Assembly (NCBI GenBank): GCA_951406725.2
Contig: OX597817.1
Span: 57,846,001 to 57,910,000, forward strand
DNA: 64,000 nucleotides
Origin: Octopus vulgaris
Taxonomy: Eukaryota
Reading direction: 5' to 3'
Made by a program: the position numbers and the translations under genes. Below are positions 10,988 through 21,825 of this stretch, in pieces; positions within the stretch are counted from its first letter, which is position 1, and every line of letters begins with the position of its first letter. Below the pieces are notes generated by a model. That model searched no databases. It saw only the letters and a list, made by a program, of their open reading frames with translations, and had not been told where the DNA came from.

Positions 10988-11100
10988 AATAGATAGATAG
11001 ATAGACATATATATATATAGATAGACAGATATATAGATAGAAAGACAGACAGACATATAGATACAGAGAGAGATGGATGATTAAAGAGACAGACAGATCA
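10755..11100. repeat. Compound microsatellite (GATA/GACA/TA/GA)
   Basis: Directly visible simple repeats. Confidence 0.95.
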
Positions 11101-12795
11101 ATAAATGGGTTAAAAAGACAGAATGATGATGATGATGAATACTGCATGAATAAACAGACAAACATTACTATTATTGTTGTTGTTGTTGTTGTTATGTTCT
11201 TTTTAAAATTTCGTTTTTTCAGTTGTTAACAGTAAAACAAACGAACAAAGCGACAAATCCAAATCTGTGTGAAGAGTGACAACTTTCTGTTGAGATTATT
11301 AATTGCCAAAAAAGCGGACAGCTTTCATGTTTTCTGGCCTTGATGGGAAACCAGAACTACTGAATGAAGGTTTCCTTTGATCTAGGGACACATAGAATTT
11401 CAAAGAGTTTTTACAAACTGAAAAATAACTCCCCCACCCCGTTCCCAATCACCACCTCACCCTTGCCCCCTGCTAAACTTTATTTTATAAGTTTCTTTAC
11501 TTAGGTGGTTATTCACTGGAATTTGTGTGTGCGTGTGTGTGTGATGTGCAGGGAAGGGTTACAAGATGTTTCCTTCACATACATTTTAAGAACTGAAAAA
11601 AAAAAAAGACAGGAGAACAAAAACAGTACAATCCCCAGACATACTTATACATACACGATAACACACACACACACACAGCCACACGCACACACACACACAA
11701 ACTTGCTGACAGTTTTCCAATTAAAGTCAACTTTGGGTTACTCAACAACAAAAACCATTGTCATGGAAACTGAAGTTCTGAAACGTAAGGTGGGGTGGTG
11801 GGTGGTGGTGACAGGAAGCCATGTCTGAGAGGAACACCCTTTCCCCATGACACATTCTATTTCTTTGTCACTTTAGATATTTAGACAATTTTTAAAAAAT
11901 CAAAAAGAAAAAAATTAGTCTGTGTGTCTTCTTGCTCATGTCTGGTCCTTGTTAATGATGAAACTGTCTGATGGATAGTGACCTCTGACCTTTCAGCCTT
12001 CCCCTCTGAAGTCAATATTCTGTTACGACTGCTTATTAACAAAACTGCCAGCCTCACTCCCTCATCTACTGAGGGGAGGTTACATGGAAGTGTGGTGGGT
12101 AGTTGAAGGTGGGGTAGGGTTAGGTAGACAGGGTAGGTACTGTAAGTAAAGCAGGGGTGGCTGGAAAAAGGACAAGAATAGTCCCTAACTCCACCAGACC
12201 CTTCAACATTCAAACATCATCATTAACATCAATGAGAGAGAAACCTGCTTAAATTAGCTGGCACCTGTGCTGGTGCCACATAGAAGGCACCTGTGCTTGG
12301 GCCACATGAAAAGCACCCAGTACAATCTGTAAAGTGGTTGGCATTAGAAAGGACATCCAACCATAGAAAGCATGCTAGACCAGATGACTGGGACCTGGTG
12401 CAGCCCTCCATCCTTGCCAGCTCCAATTGAACTGTCCAACCCATGCCAGCATGGAAAATAGACATTAAATTATGCTGATTTCTCTCAAGACTACTCCCAA
12501 AACATCTTAAAGAGAAGAAGGGCACATCGAACAAAGAAGGCCATGGCTATATAAAGAGATGAGTTGGTCATGGCTGGATGGCTTTTGATCATAGATGTGC
12601 TTGATCAAGGCTGACTTAAGGCTAGGCAAAAATACCAGCAATATCATCATCATCATCATTAGTGTGTGTGTGTCTATGTATATGTGTGTGTATGTATGTA
12701 TGTGTGTGTGTGTGTGTATGTATATGTATGTGTGTGCGTAAGTGCATGAAATACAGAGTAAGAGAGTAATAATAGAAAAAAGAGCTGAGACTCAC

Positions 12796-12905
12796 GTGAA
12801 CATGGCCAGATCTGATGTCCAACTTTTGGTAGGTGCGATACCATTTGATAATGGAATGATTCCAGTTTCAAAATCAACAGCTAAGTGATCAGATTCAATA
12901 ATGGA
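12796..12905 (-). CDS. Coding exon 3 of PAG1/Cbp-like adaptor
   Basis: Acceptor gttgtatttcag|TCC, donor TCAC|gtgagt. 110 nt, phase 0 in and phase 2 out. Encodes SIIESDHLAVDFETGIIPLSNGIAPTKSWTSDLAMF(T). Confidence 0.82.
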
Positions 12906-13271
12906 CTGAAATACAACAACAACATCACCACCATTAAAAAGAATCAATTACAACAACAACAACAACAACAACCACAAGCTAACAAAGGAGCTCCTTGCCA
13001 TGCGCTCACATGACAGGAGCATTAGAATACAAGGTAGTCGTAGACATATGGAGACAGCTGTATGAAGATTGGAATAGTCAAGGCTGAAATAGGTTTCATG
13101 GGATGTTTTGGTCGGCCTTTTCCAACGTTACAGCAACAGTACTGCAGAGAGAGTAACGTAACCACTTCCGCTGCGCCTGGGCTGTTTTCAGAAGCAAGTG
13201 CTTGGCCATGCCTTCACTCATCGATACGCCATGAAGGAAAGACAATATGTAGAGATGTCAGATATTGGTTG

Positions 13272-13703
13272 CAAGCTGGCAGAAACGTTAGCACGCCAGG
13301 CGAAATGCGTAGCTGTATTATGTTTTGAGTTCAAATTCCGCTGAGGTCGACTTTGCCTTTCATCCTTTTAAGGGTCGATAAATTAAGTACCTATTTCTTT
13401 AGTACCCACAAGGGGCTACACACAGACGGAACAAACAAGGACAGACAAATGGATTAAGTCGTTTATATGGACCCCAGTGCGTAACTGGTACTTAATTTAT
13501 CGAACCCAAAAGGATGAAAGGCAAAGTCGATCATGGCAGAATTTGAACTCAGAACGTAGCGGCAGACGAAATACCGCTAAGCATTTCGCCCGGCGTGCTA
13601 ACGTTTCTGCCAGCTCGTCACCTTAGGGGATCGATGTAATCGACTTAATCCGTTTGTTTGTCCTCTCTGTGTTTAGTCCCTTGTGGGTAGTAAAGAAATA
13701 GGT
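13272..13703. mobile_element. tRNA-derived SINE family A: + copy interrupted by an inverted copy (13392-13622)
   Basis: Head GCTGGCAGAAACGTTAGCAC...GAGTTCAAATTCC (B box), body GTCGACTTTGCCTTTCATCCTTT, tail GTGGGTAGTAAAGAAATA. Other copies at 18280-18848, 27885-28080, 36485-37080, 40946-41155, 50513-50721, 62621-62829. Confidence 0.85.
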
Positions 13704-15156
13704 TAAATGTAATCTTGCATATCTACCTCTCAGTCCCCTCACTCCAAATTTTCAGCAGTATTTCACACTTACAATCCTCCCCCGGGGCTTCTGTTTTGTG
13801 TTCTCATTAACGAAGTACAGGGTAGTAAAAAGATTTGCCTAAAGTTCTGTGGAGACGGACTGGAATTTGTCTGTGTTGAAAACCATTGCTCTGAACGACA
13901 TTATGGGAAACAGTCCAGCCGAAGTTATCTCCCTTGCAGCAGCTTTGAGAAAAAAACTTTTTGTTTTTCATTTACTCAATGTGGACAAGCTTTCTTTACA
14001 TCCCGGTGGTTAAACAGAACCATCGTCACCATTTTATGTCTACTTTTCCATGCTTGCACGAGTCGGATGGAATTTGTTGAAGCACATTTTCTACGGCTTG
14101 ATGCCCTTCCTCTCACCAACCCTCACCCGTTCCTTCCAAATATGGTAACATTTCTCTATAGCTGGGCACAACTTTCCTGGATGTTTAGAAATGAAAGACA
14201 CCACTTGTATGACAGGGACGCTCATTTACATCTATCACAAGAAGTCAAGGCAAGGAGACAGTCTGAGCTGGAGATGTTGAGCCTCTCAGAGGAGATGACA
14301 GGGAATCAAGATTGTGTTATGTTGGGCTTCAAAAGACCCATCCATTTCTGCAGAATTGAGGCTCTGTCAAGCTTTCCTCCCCCACAGCTTATCTTCTATT
14401 TTCTTCATTCCCCTCTCCACTGGACTGATAACCTCTGTGTCCAACTTGTTCCCTATCTCTAATCATGTGCCACACTGTTTTCACTCGGTCCACTCCCTAT
14501 TCCGTCTCATATTCATATTGTACCTGGACATTTTTCTTTGTTTCTTTTTTTCTTTGTCTCTCTCGTTCCAGGTGGGCAAGCCAGGTATTCACCTCTTCAG
14601 CAAGATACCTGATCTTCTCCCTCCATTATAGTTTCTTTCTCTAGCATGGAGAACGGACGTTAAACAAATACCCCACTACGTGGCAGATATCTGGCAGATA
14701 CTTGGTGACCTCATTGGAGGTGGTGCCACGTAAAAAGACACGCAGCAGACTCTGTTAAGTGGTTGGCATCCAGCTGTAGAAATTATGCCAAAGCAGACAT
14801 AGAACCTGGCAGAGCCCTCTGGCTCATCTGCTCTTGTCAAACTCTCCAAACCATGCCAGCATGGAAAAAGGGACGTATGATAATGATGTAAGTGTGTGTG
14901 ATGGACTTCTTTCAGTTTCCGTTAACCAAATCCACACATGCGACGGGCTTCTTACAGTTTCTGTCTACCAAATTCATTCACAAAGTTTTGGATGACCCAA
15001 GAAGACATATGCCCATATGCCATGCAAAGTGACTGAACCTGGAACTATATGGTTGGGAAGCAAGCTTCTTACCACACAGCCACTCATTGTGTGTATGTAT
15101 CTGCATCAGTGATAAATAATTTTTAGCTCTTCACAAAATGAATGAGGTATTCTTAC

Positions 15157-15229
15157 CTGAACAACATCTCTGTGGGTACTATCAGTCATCATTTTAGGGA
15201 GTGTTCCAGTTTTGCTTTGCTCTTTTTTG
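15157..15229 (-). CDS. Coding exon 2 of PAG1/Cbp-like adaptor
   Basis: Acceptor ttttttctgcttcag|C, donor TCAG|gtaaga. 73 nt, phase 2 in and phase 0 out. Encodes (S)KKEQSKTGTLPKMMTDSTHRDVVQ. Confidence 0.85.
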
Positions 15230-15333
15230 CTGAAGCAGAAAAAAAAAAACAGGGGAATAAATGAATGAATGTCAGATCAGGAAGATGTATATGTGTGTGT
15301 GCATGAGCATTTGTGTGTGTCTGTACACATGTG

Positions 15334-15605
15334 CAGAGTGTAAATGATTTAAGAGAAAAACTGGGTCTACGAGGCATCAGATGTTGTGTGCAAGAGAGAA
15401 GACTGCGTTGGTATGAAGTGAGGACGACTGCATAAAGAAGTGCCGATCTCTTATTATGGAGGGAACCTGTGGAAGGAGCAGACCCAGGAAGATGTGGGAT
15501 GAAGTGGTGAGAAACAATTTTTGGATGTTGAGTTTCACAGAGAAGATAAGGGACTGTCTGGCAATTTGCTGTACTTGAGAAGACATGGTGAGCCAAGTAA
15601 AACTT
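15334..15605 (+). mobile_element. RTE LINE 3' fragment
   Basis: QSVNDLREKLGLRGIRCCVQERRLRWY...EGTCGRSRPRKMWDEVV. Same family as 39545-39900. Confidence 0.8.
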
Positions 15606-16684
15606 GTGGTCATCCATACAGGTTGTCCTTTATGACTGAGCCTTCTCTCCTTCACACACACACAACCTGTCCTCTGTCAAAGCACCCCTACAACCCAGTT
15701 TTCCAACATACCCACCATCCCTCTACCCATGACCACCACCCACTCTTCCTTGCGTGTCTATCTGCATGCTCTAAAACATCTACCACACCCGCCTCTCAGC
15801 TGCTCCATTTTCTCCCACCATCACTCACTACAGCCATGTCTTCCCCCATCTCTAAACATCCCCCTTCATACTCTTATGGAACATCCCTCCTTCTAACCCC
15901 TCTGGACCACTTATACTCCACCCCCTCACTCACTGTTTCCTGTAGATAAACCACAATACATCTCTAATGCCATCTATTTTCTCTCTCCTTCCTCTCCTGG
16001 GGCAGCCAAGTGTCTCCTCCATCATACTCCAGCCCCTCACCTGACTCACAGCCACTTCCTTTCATTCCACTCTTTCTCTCAGCTGAGAGGTCTTTGTCTT
16101 GCAAACTTCTTGCTGACTTCATGAGTGCCACACACACAACAGGTTTCTTCCAGTTTCCACCAACCAAATCCACTATCAAGACTTTGCTTTGCTCGGGGCT
16201 ATAAAAGAAGACACTTGCCCAAGGTACCATGCAGTGGGACTGAACCTGGAACCATGTGGTTGGGAAGCAAACTTTTAACCACACAGCCACGTCTGCACCT
16301 ATTAAGGGCAGGTATGGTGGTGTGAATAGCCTCAAGCTGACCAATACTTTGGAGTGAAATTTGTAAGTGAAAACTGCATGGAAGCCTGTTGTGTGTGTAA
16401 CATACGTTTACATTCGGCACGTCCTCACATGACACAGTCCAAGCATAACTGTGTGGTCATGACTACGTTCCCTGCGTATATTCCTCAACCTGTAGATCTG
16501 CAATTGTGAAGACCAGAGGAATAATAAATACCTGAATGGAAAAAAATCAGGTATGGGTAGGTGATGGGAAGAGTATCCAGGCATACACTCACATAATATA
16601 GCTTCAATAATAAAGTCTTTGACCAATCCATGGCAAGCAGGTCTAAAGTATTCTTCATCATTGTTTAACGTCTGTCCACTTCCC

Positions 16685-17050
16685 ATCGTTTAACGTCCGC
16701 TTTCCATGCTAGCATGGGTTGGACGATTTGACTGAGGTCTGGTGAACCAGATGGTTGCACCAGACTCCAGTCTGATCTGGGAGTGTTTCTACAGCTGGGT
16801 GCCCTTCCTAACGTCAACCACTCCAAGAGTGTAGTGGGTGGTTTTAAAGTGCCACCGGCACAAGGGCCAATTGGGCAGTTTGACAGGAGCCGTCCAAGCA
16901 GAAGACTACACCAGGCTACTGTGTCTGTTTGGGCAGGGTTTTTACAACTGGATACCCTTCCTGGCACCAACCACCCTGCAGAGTGGATTGAGTGTCTTTT
17001 TACATGGCACCAGCAGAGGTGAGGTCAGTTTCAGCATGGCTTTTTTACAG
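16685..17050 (-). mobile_element. Family C short retroposon with (GAT)n tail (representative; about 20 copies or fragments)
   Basis: Recurrent CATCGTTTAACGTCCGCTTTCCATGCTAGCATGGGTTGGAC...CTACAGCTGGATGCCCTTCCTAACGCCAACCAC. Copies at about 1228-1375, 12255-12470, 19725-19940, 22545-22880, 27350-27660, 28085-28295, 29730-29945, 31910-32440, 48825-49610, 59025-59440, 62463-63240. Confidence 0.85.
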
Positions 17051-17773
17051 CTAGACACACACACGCATACACATATGCATGAAAGAGAAAACCAGATGAC
17101 CACAACCTGCTGTTTCAAGTGAGCAGAGGTGCTTCTGTGAGAATGTTCTGTGAGAATGTTCAATTTGCAAGAAAAAACAACCAAATTCCTCTCTTAACCT
17201 CCACCCCCACTCCAAACAAAAACAAAAAGAGAACATGTTAGACAGTGTAGTCCAAGATAGGCGTGTCTGAATAAAAGAATGGTTGGTCACAACATTGATT
17301 GCAGGTGTGCTAAATCAGGGTTGACCTTGTGGTAGGGAGAGGGGGAGGGGAGGAGGAGGATAAAAAGCGACAAAAACAACTGTTTTAAGACATAAAAGTA
17401 TTGTGGGGGGATAAATTCATCTTGTGTGCCAGGGCTGGCTATATTAGAAACAAACCCTCATCAGACTTCCCAAATTTGGCCAACAAGCCTTGTAGGGGTG
17501 GGGGGAGCAGATTACAGTACATTTGTCTAGGGAAAAGGATCTTCTAAAGACAGACAGACAGAGGAGAATAGTCAACAATGGTAGTTCTTGTTTAACTCTA
17601 GGTGAACCTGTTCAAGGAGGCCTATGACCAAAGGCATTCCAGCCATGACCATCCTGTCGCTTATGTTTCTCGGCAGAGAGTATCGTTTTAACAAACATTA
17701 GAGAGAAGGATATAACTTAAGGGCGATACGGCTGTTATTTCTACCAGGTTTTACAGAATACAGAAAGCAGTGT

Positions 17774-17826
<53 letters not shown>

Positions 17827-19950
17827 AGGACAGAGTAGAACCAATCTCTTCAACAGTTTTCTGATGAATCAGAGAAAAATAAAAATCAATTTGTCTCCGG
17901 CACTCATTAATAACAATGAAATAAACGCAAGATGATGCTGTAGTATGTTTAGCCTCAAGTCAGGTCCAGTGAGGCATTCCAGCCATGACCAACTCCTATT
18001 ACACTGTATCAAAGACTACATTAATGTGTCCATCGTTGTTATTTAGCCCCAGGTTGGGGCTGATCAAAAATATTCTAGATGGGACTATTCTCATATCCAG
18101 ACATATTGTAGCAACAACCACATCATATAATGTGAATTTTTTTTTTTTTTAAGACAGTAGAGTCTGCTTTGAGGATGTCTGGCTGCTGTTTCTAGCAGGT
18201 GGTGGTGGTGGTTGATGATGTCAGTGGTAGTTGTAGATGTTGCTATGAAGATAATGCAAGCATCAATAATCATCATCTTTTTTGCTGTAGGTACAAGGAC
18301 AGGAATTGGGAGACGGGGGGGGGGCTAGTCAGTTACATCAATCTCAGTTCTCAAGGATGAAAGGCAGAGTCGATTTTGAGGACAGATATGAAATGCTGTG
18401 AAGCATTTTGCCCTGCGTACTAACGATTCTGCCTTTAATAATGATCCTTCCTACTATAGGCACAAGGCCTGAAATTTTTTTTTGGGGGGGGGGACTAGTC
18501 GATTACATCAACCCCAGTGTTTCACTGGTACTTAATTTATTGACCCTGAAAGGATGAAAGGCAAAATCGAACCTTGGTGGAATTTGAACTCAGAATGTAG
18601 CATTGGGCGAAATACCTATTCTTTACTACCCACAAGGGGTTAAACAAAGAGGGGACAAACAAGGACAGACAAATGGATTAAGTCGATTACATTGACCCCA
18701 GTGCATAAATGGTACTTAATTTATCGACCCCGAAAGGATGAAAGGCAAAGTCGACCTCAGTGCAATTTGAACTGAGAACGTAGTGGCAGACAAAATACTG
18801 CTAAGCATTTCTCCCGGCGTGCTAACGATTCTGCCAGCTCGCCGCCTTAATAATAGTAATAATAATAATAATGATAATAAATATTGTTGTAGACATCAAT
18901 GATGGGGTGGGGGTGGAGAGGGATATCAATGATATTAAGTCATCTCATTGACGATGATGGTATGACAGTTGTAGGGGTGGTAGTAGTGACAACTGATGGC
19001 AATAACAAATAGTGATGACAGCAGTGATAATGTATGCCATCAGAAATAACAAAACATCGTTTGAATGATGAAGATATTCTTATTAATTTCATAGGATGCG
19101 CACCATACTTTGGTTTCTGTTTTGTTTGAAAATTCTCCTGTATCAATTTACCAAACATTGGTTCCACTGCTTGTATTTAACTCATTAACATTCCGTCCCT
19201 CTTTATTACTTTCACTCTATGACTTATCCTGAGGAACTTCACCAGACACATCCCACCATATACTCTACTTGTACCCACTCTTTCAGCCATTGGGTATCGA
19301 CATCCAAACTCCTTAGTCAAATGGCGAGAGGAATCTTCTCGTGCAAGTTACTCGCTGAGTCTGCCACCCCCAGTGGCACATGAAAAGCACCCAGTACACT
19401 CTGTACAGTGGTTGGCATTAGTAAGATCATCCAGCTTCTAAGTGAAACGCATAAGCAAGAAGTGGCTCTCTCTCCTGTCTAGATCACAGTAATGACCACC
19501 CGACTCATGGCAGCAGGGAAAGCAGAGATAAACAAACCACGACATTGTATATATTAACTCAAAAGGGAAGAGAAAAACAGAATGTGGAGCATCCATTAAT
19601 GATAACTGGTCCTCTGTTGGTTACGATGACGTGGGTTCCAGTTGATCCGATCGATGGAGCAGCCTGCTCATGAAATTAACACACAAATGGCTGAGCACTC
19701 CACAGACATGCATACACTTATGGTTGTTGCCAGTGCCACCTGACTGGGCCTGTTCAGGTGGCACATAAAAAGCACCCACTACACTCTTGGAGTGGTTGGC
19801 GTTAGGAAGGGCATTCAGCTGCAGAAACCTTGCCAGATCAGACTGGAGCCTGGTGCAGCCTCCTGGCTTGCCAGTTCTCAGACAAACCATCCAACCCATG
19901 CCAGCATGGAAAGCAGACATTAAATGATGATGATGATGATATATATATAT

Positions 19951-20250
19951 GTGGAGGCGCAATGGCCCAGTGGTTAGGGCAGCGGACTCGCAGTCGTAGG
20001 ATCGCGGTTTTGATTCCCAGACCGGGCATTGTGAGTGTTTATTGAGCGAAAACACCTAAAACTCCACGAGGCTCCGGCAGGGGGTGGTGGTGATCCCTGC
20101 TGTACTCTTTCACCACAACTTTCTCTCATTCTTTCTTTTGTTGGCCTGCTCGCTTAGCCAGTGGGGTGGCATCACTGAAGGCTAAAACAATGTGAAGCGC
20201 ATTGTGACCAGTGATGTGTCGCAACATCTCATGGCCTGGTCGGTCACGTG
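19951..20250 (+). mobile_element. tRNA-derived SINE family D
   Basis: Head GGAGGCGCAATGGCCCAGTGGTTAGGGC...GGTTTTGATTCCC. Near-matching inverted copy at 58080-58396, related heads at ~9460, ~33530, ~51550 and ~55848. Confidence 0.8.
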
Positions 20251-20289
20251 AGATATATATATATATATATATGGCAGGGAGAGATTCAT

Positions 20290-20570
20290 TTGAAGAACAT
20301 CATTATGAGAGCATATTTCAAATGAGATAATTCAAGAAGAGAATAGAGTGACTGATATAATCGCAGAATACCAAAAGCACAAGTCCCGCTGGGCCAGACA
20401 TGTCACAAGATCCACAGACAACAGGTGAACCTGTGCAGTTGCTGAGTGGTATCTGAGAGAGTGGAAAAGGCCACTAGGAAGGCCTCCCCGACAATGGGAA
20501 GCCAATTTAGTTAACCAATTTGGGTCAAAATGGAAAAGAATGGTACAATCAAGTGAGAACTAGAAGCGCA
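20290..20570 (+). mobile_element. RTE LINE 3' fragment
   Basis: VTDIIAEYQKHKSRWARHVTRSTDNR*TCAVAEWYLREWKRPLGRPPRQWE, matching the RTE-1-type RWAGH...W.P...KRP.GRP..RW motif. Confidence 0.8.
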
Positions 20571-21540
20571 TTGTGATCAGGGGTGTACAACAGCATCTGA
20601 ATGTTTGGCTGATACTGTGATATAATGAGCTTCCATACAGTTGCCAACAGTCAATTTCATGCCCAAGATTACAGAAGACCCTCGGGCAAGGTGCAATGCA
20701 GTGGGATTGAACTTGCAACAACACAGTCATAAAAGTAACAAAGCAAACCCCATACAGCATTTGACATTTCTTTTTAATATAAAGCACAAGGCTGTTATGT
20801 TGTAAATATTCAAAATTATAAAAGTCAGGAAAAAAACAAAAACAAAAAAGGTATTTTTTCCTAAAAATTATTGATTCTGTATCCCACGTTACAATACTGA
20901 TGGCAGATAGGATGATGATAACAATAATAAGAACAACAACAACGGTGATGCTGGTGTAGTTGTGGAAGGTTGTTGAATAAAGTCTGATGGATGGACGACA
21001 ATAGTTGATACAAGTGGGTGGTGGTAGGAGTAGATGGGAGAGAGAGTAAGAGGACATCAGACATTGAAAGGTGTGTAGGAGAGGGGTGATGGTGGTGGTG
21101 ATAGTGATGATGATGATGATGCTGATCTTTGTCTCTTTGGAGGAAATCAAAGAGTCTTTGAGAGACAATAGCGGAAGATTTACAATAAGCAGCAGAATGT
21201 GTGCGTGTGTGCGCACATGTTTATTGTGTGCATATGCCTGTGTATGTGTGTGTGCATGTCTGTATGTGAGTGTGTGCATGCATATGTCTGTGTATGTATG
21301 TTTATGTCTGTGTATGTATGTTTATGTCTGTGTATGTATGTTTATGTCTGTATGTATGTATGTTTGTGTCCATGTCTGTGTGTCTATCGTTTATGCTCAT
21401 ATATATATGTGTGTATATCTCCATGTAAATATGCGTATACGTTTATGTCCGAGTATGTGTCTGTATGTCAGTATGTTCATGCCCACATGTGAGTACTAGG
21501 AGCAGGAACCCAGGGACCAAGTCCCTGCCCCTCTACTTAC

Positions 21541-21692
21541 CTCTCCTTACATGTATTACAGAGAGCGAAGAGAAAGACCAGGATCAACATGGCAGCTAGC
21601 CCTCCAACTAAACCACCAGATATGATGCCAATAGTGTCTTCTTTTGGTAAAGAGGCTTCCAATAGCTTACGACCAGCTACGATACCATCCAT
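21541..21692 (-). CDS. First identified coding exon: short ectodomain, TM helix and CxxC (exon acceptor at 21700)
   Basis: Acceptor tattttgtag|CTTGGAAAATGG (ATG at 21692 with A at -3 and G at +4), donor GAG|gtaagt, phase 2 out. Encodes MDGIVAGRKLLEASLPKEDTIGIISGGLVGGLAAMLILVFLFALCNTCKE. An upstream in-frame coding exon cannot be excluded. Confidence 0.88.
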
Positions 21693-21773
21693 TTTCCAAG
21701 CTACAAAATAACAAAAAACAAAAATTAAATACATATAATTATACTGACAGTCTGTCAATAAAGTTAACAACTG

Positions 21774-21825
<52 letters not shown>

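Noticed and set aside
10681-11165. ORFs rich in YI/CV/HT/LS (also 21071-21499, 24069-24920, 30669-31040, 40265-40719, 52585-52982, 61580-62034)
   Set aside because: Translations of microsatellites or purine/pyrimidine tracts; no coding signal.
11881-12213. 110-aa minus-strand ORF between exons 3 and 4 as a possible extra exon
   Set aside because: No convincing donor site was found, and exons 3 and 4 already join in frame.
13004-13110. Possible alternative exon upstream of exon 3 (CAT|gtgagc donor)
   Set aside because: The frame compatible with exon 3 contains a stop and no usable ATG.
19951-20025. tRNA-like sequences (also at the heads of families A and B)
   Set aside because: No complete cloverleaf or acceptor stem; they continue into SINE bodies present in many copies.
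20560-21279. 239-aa hydrophobic ORF
   Set aside because: Runs through (CA)n, (CAT)n and SINE remnants; the hydrophobic runs come from simple repeats.
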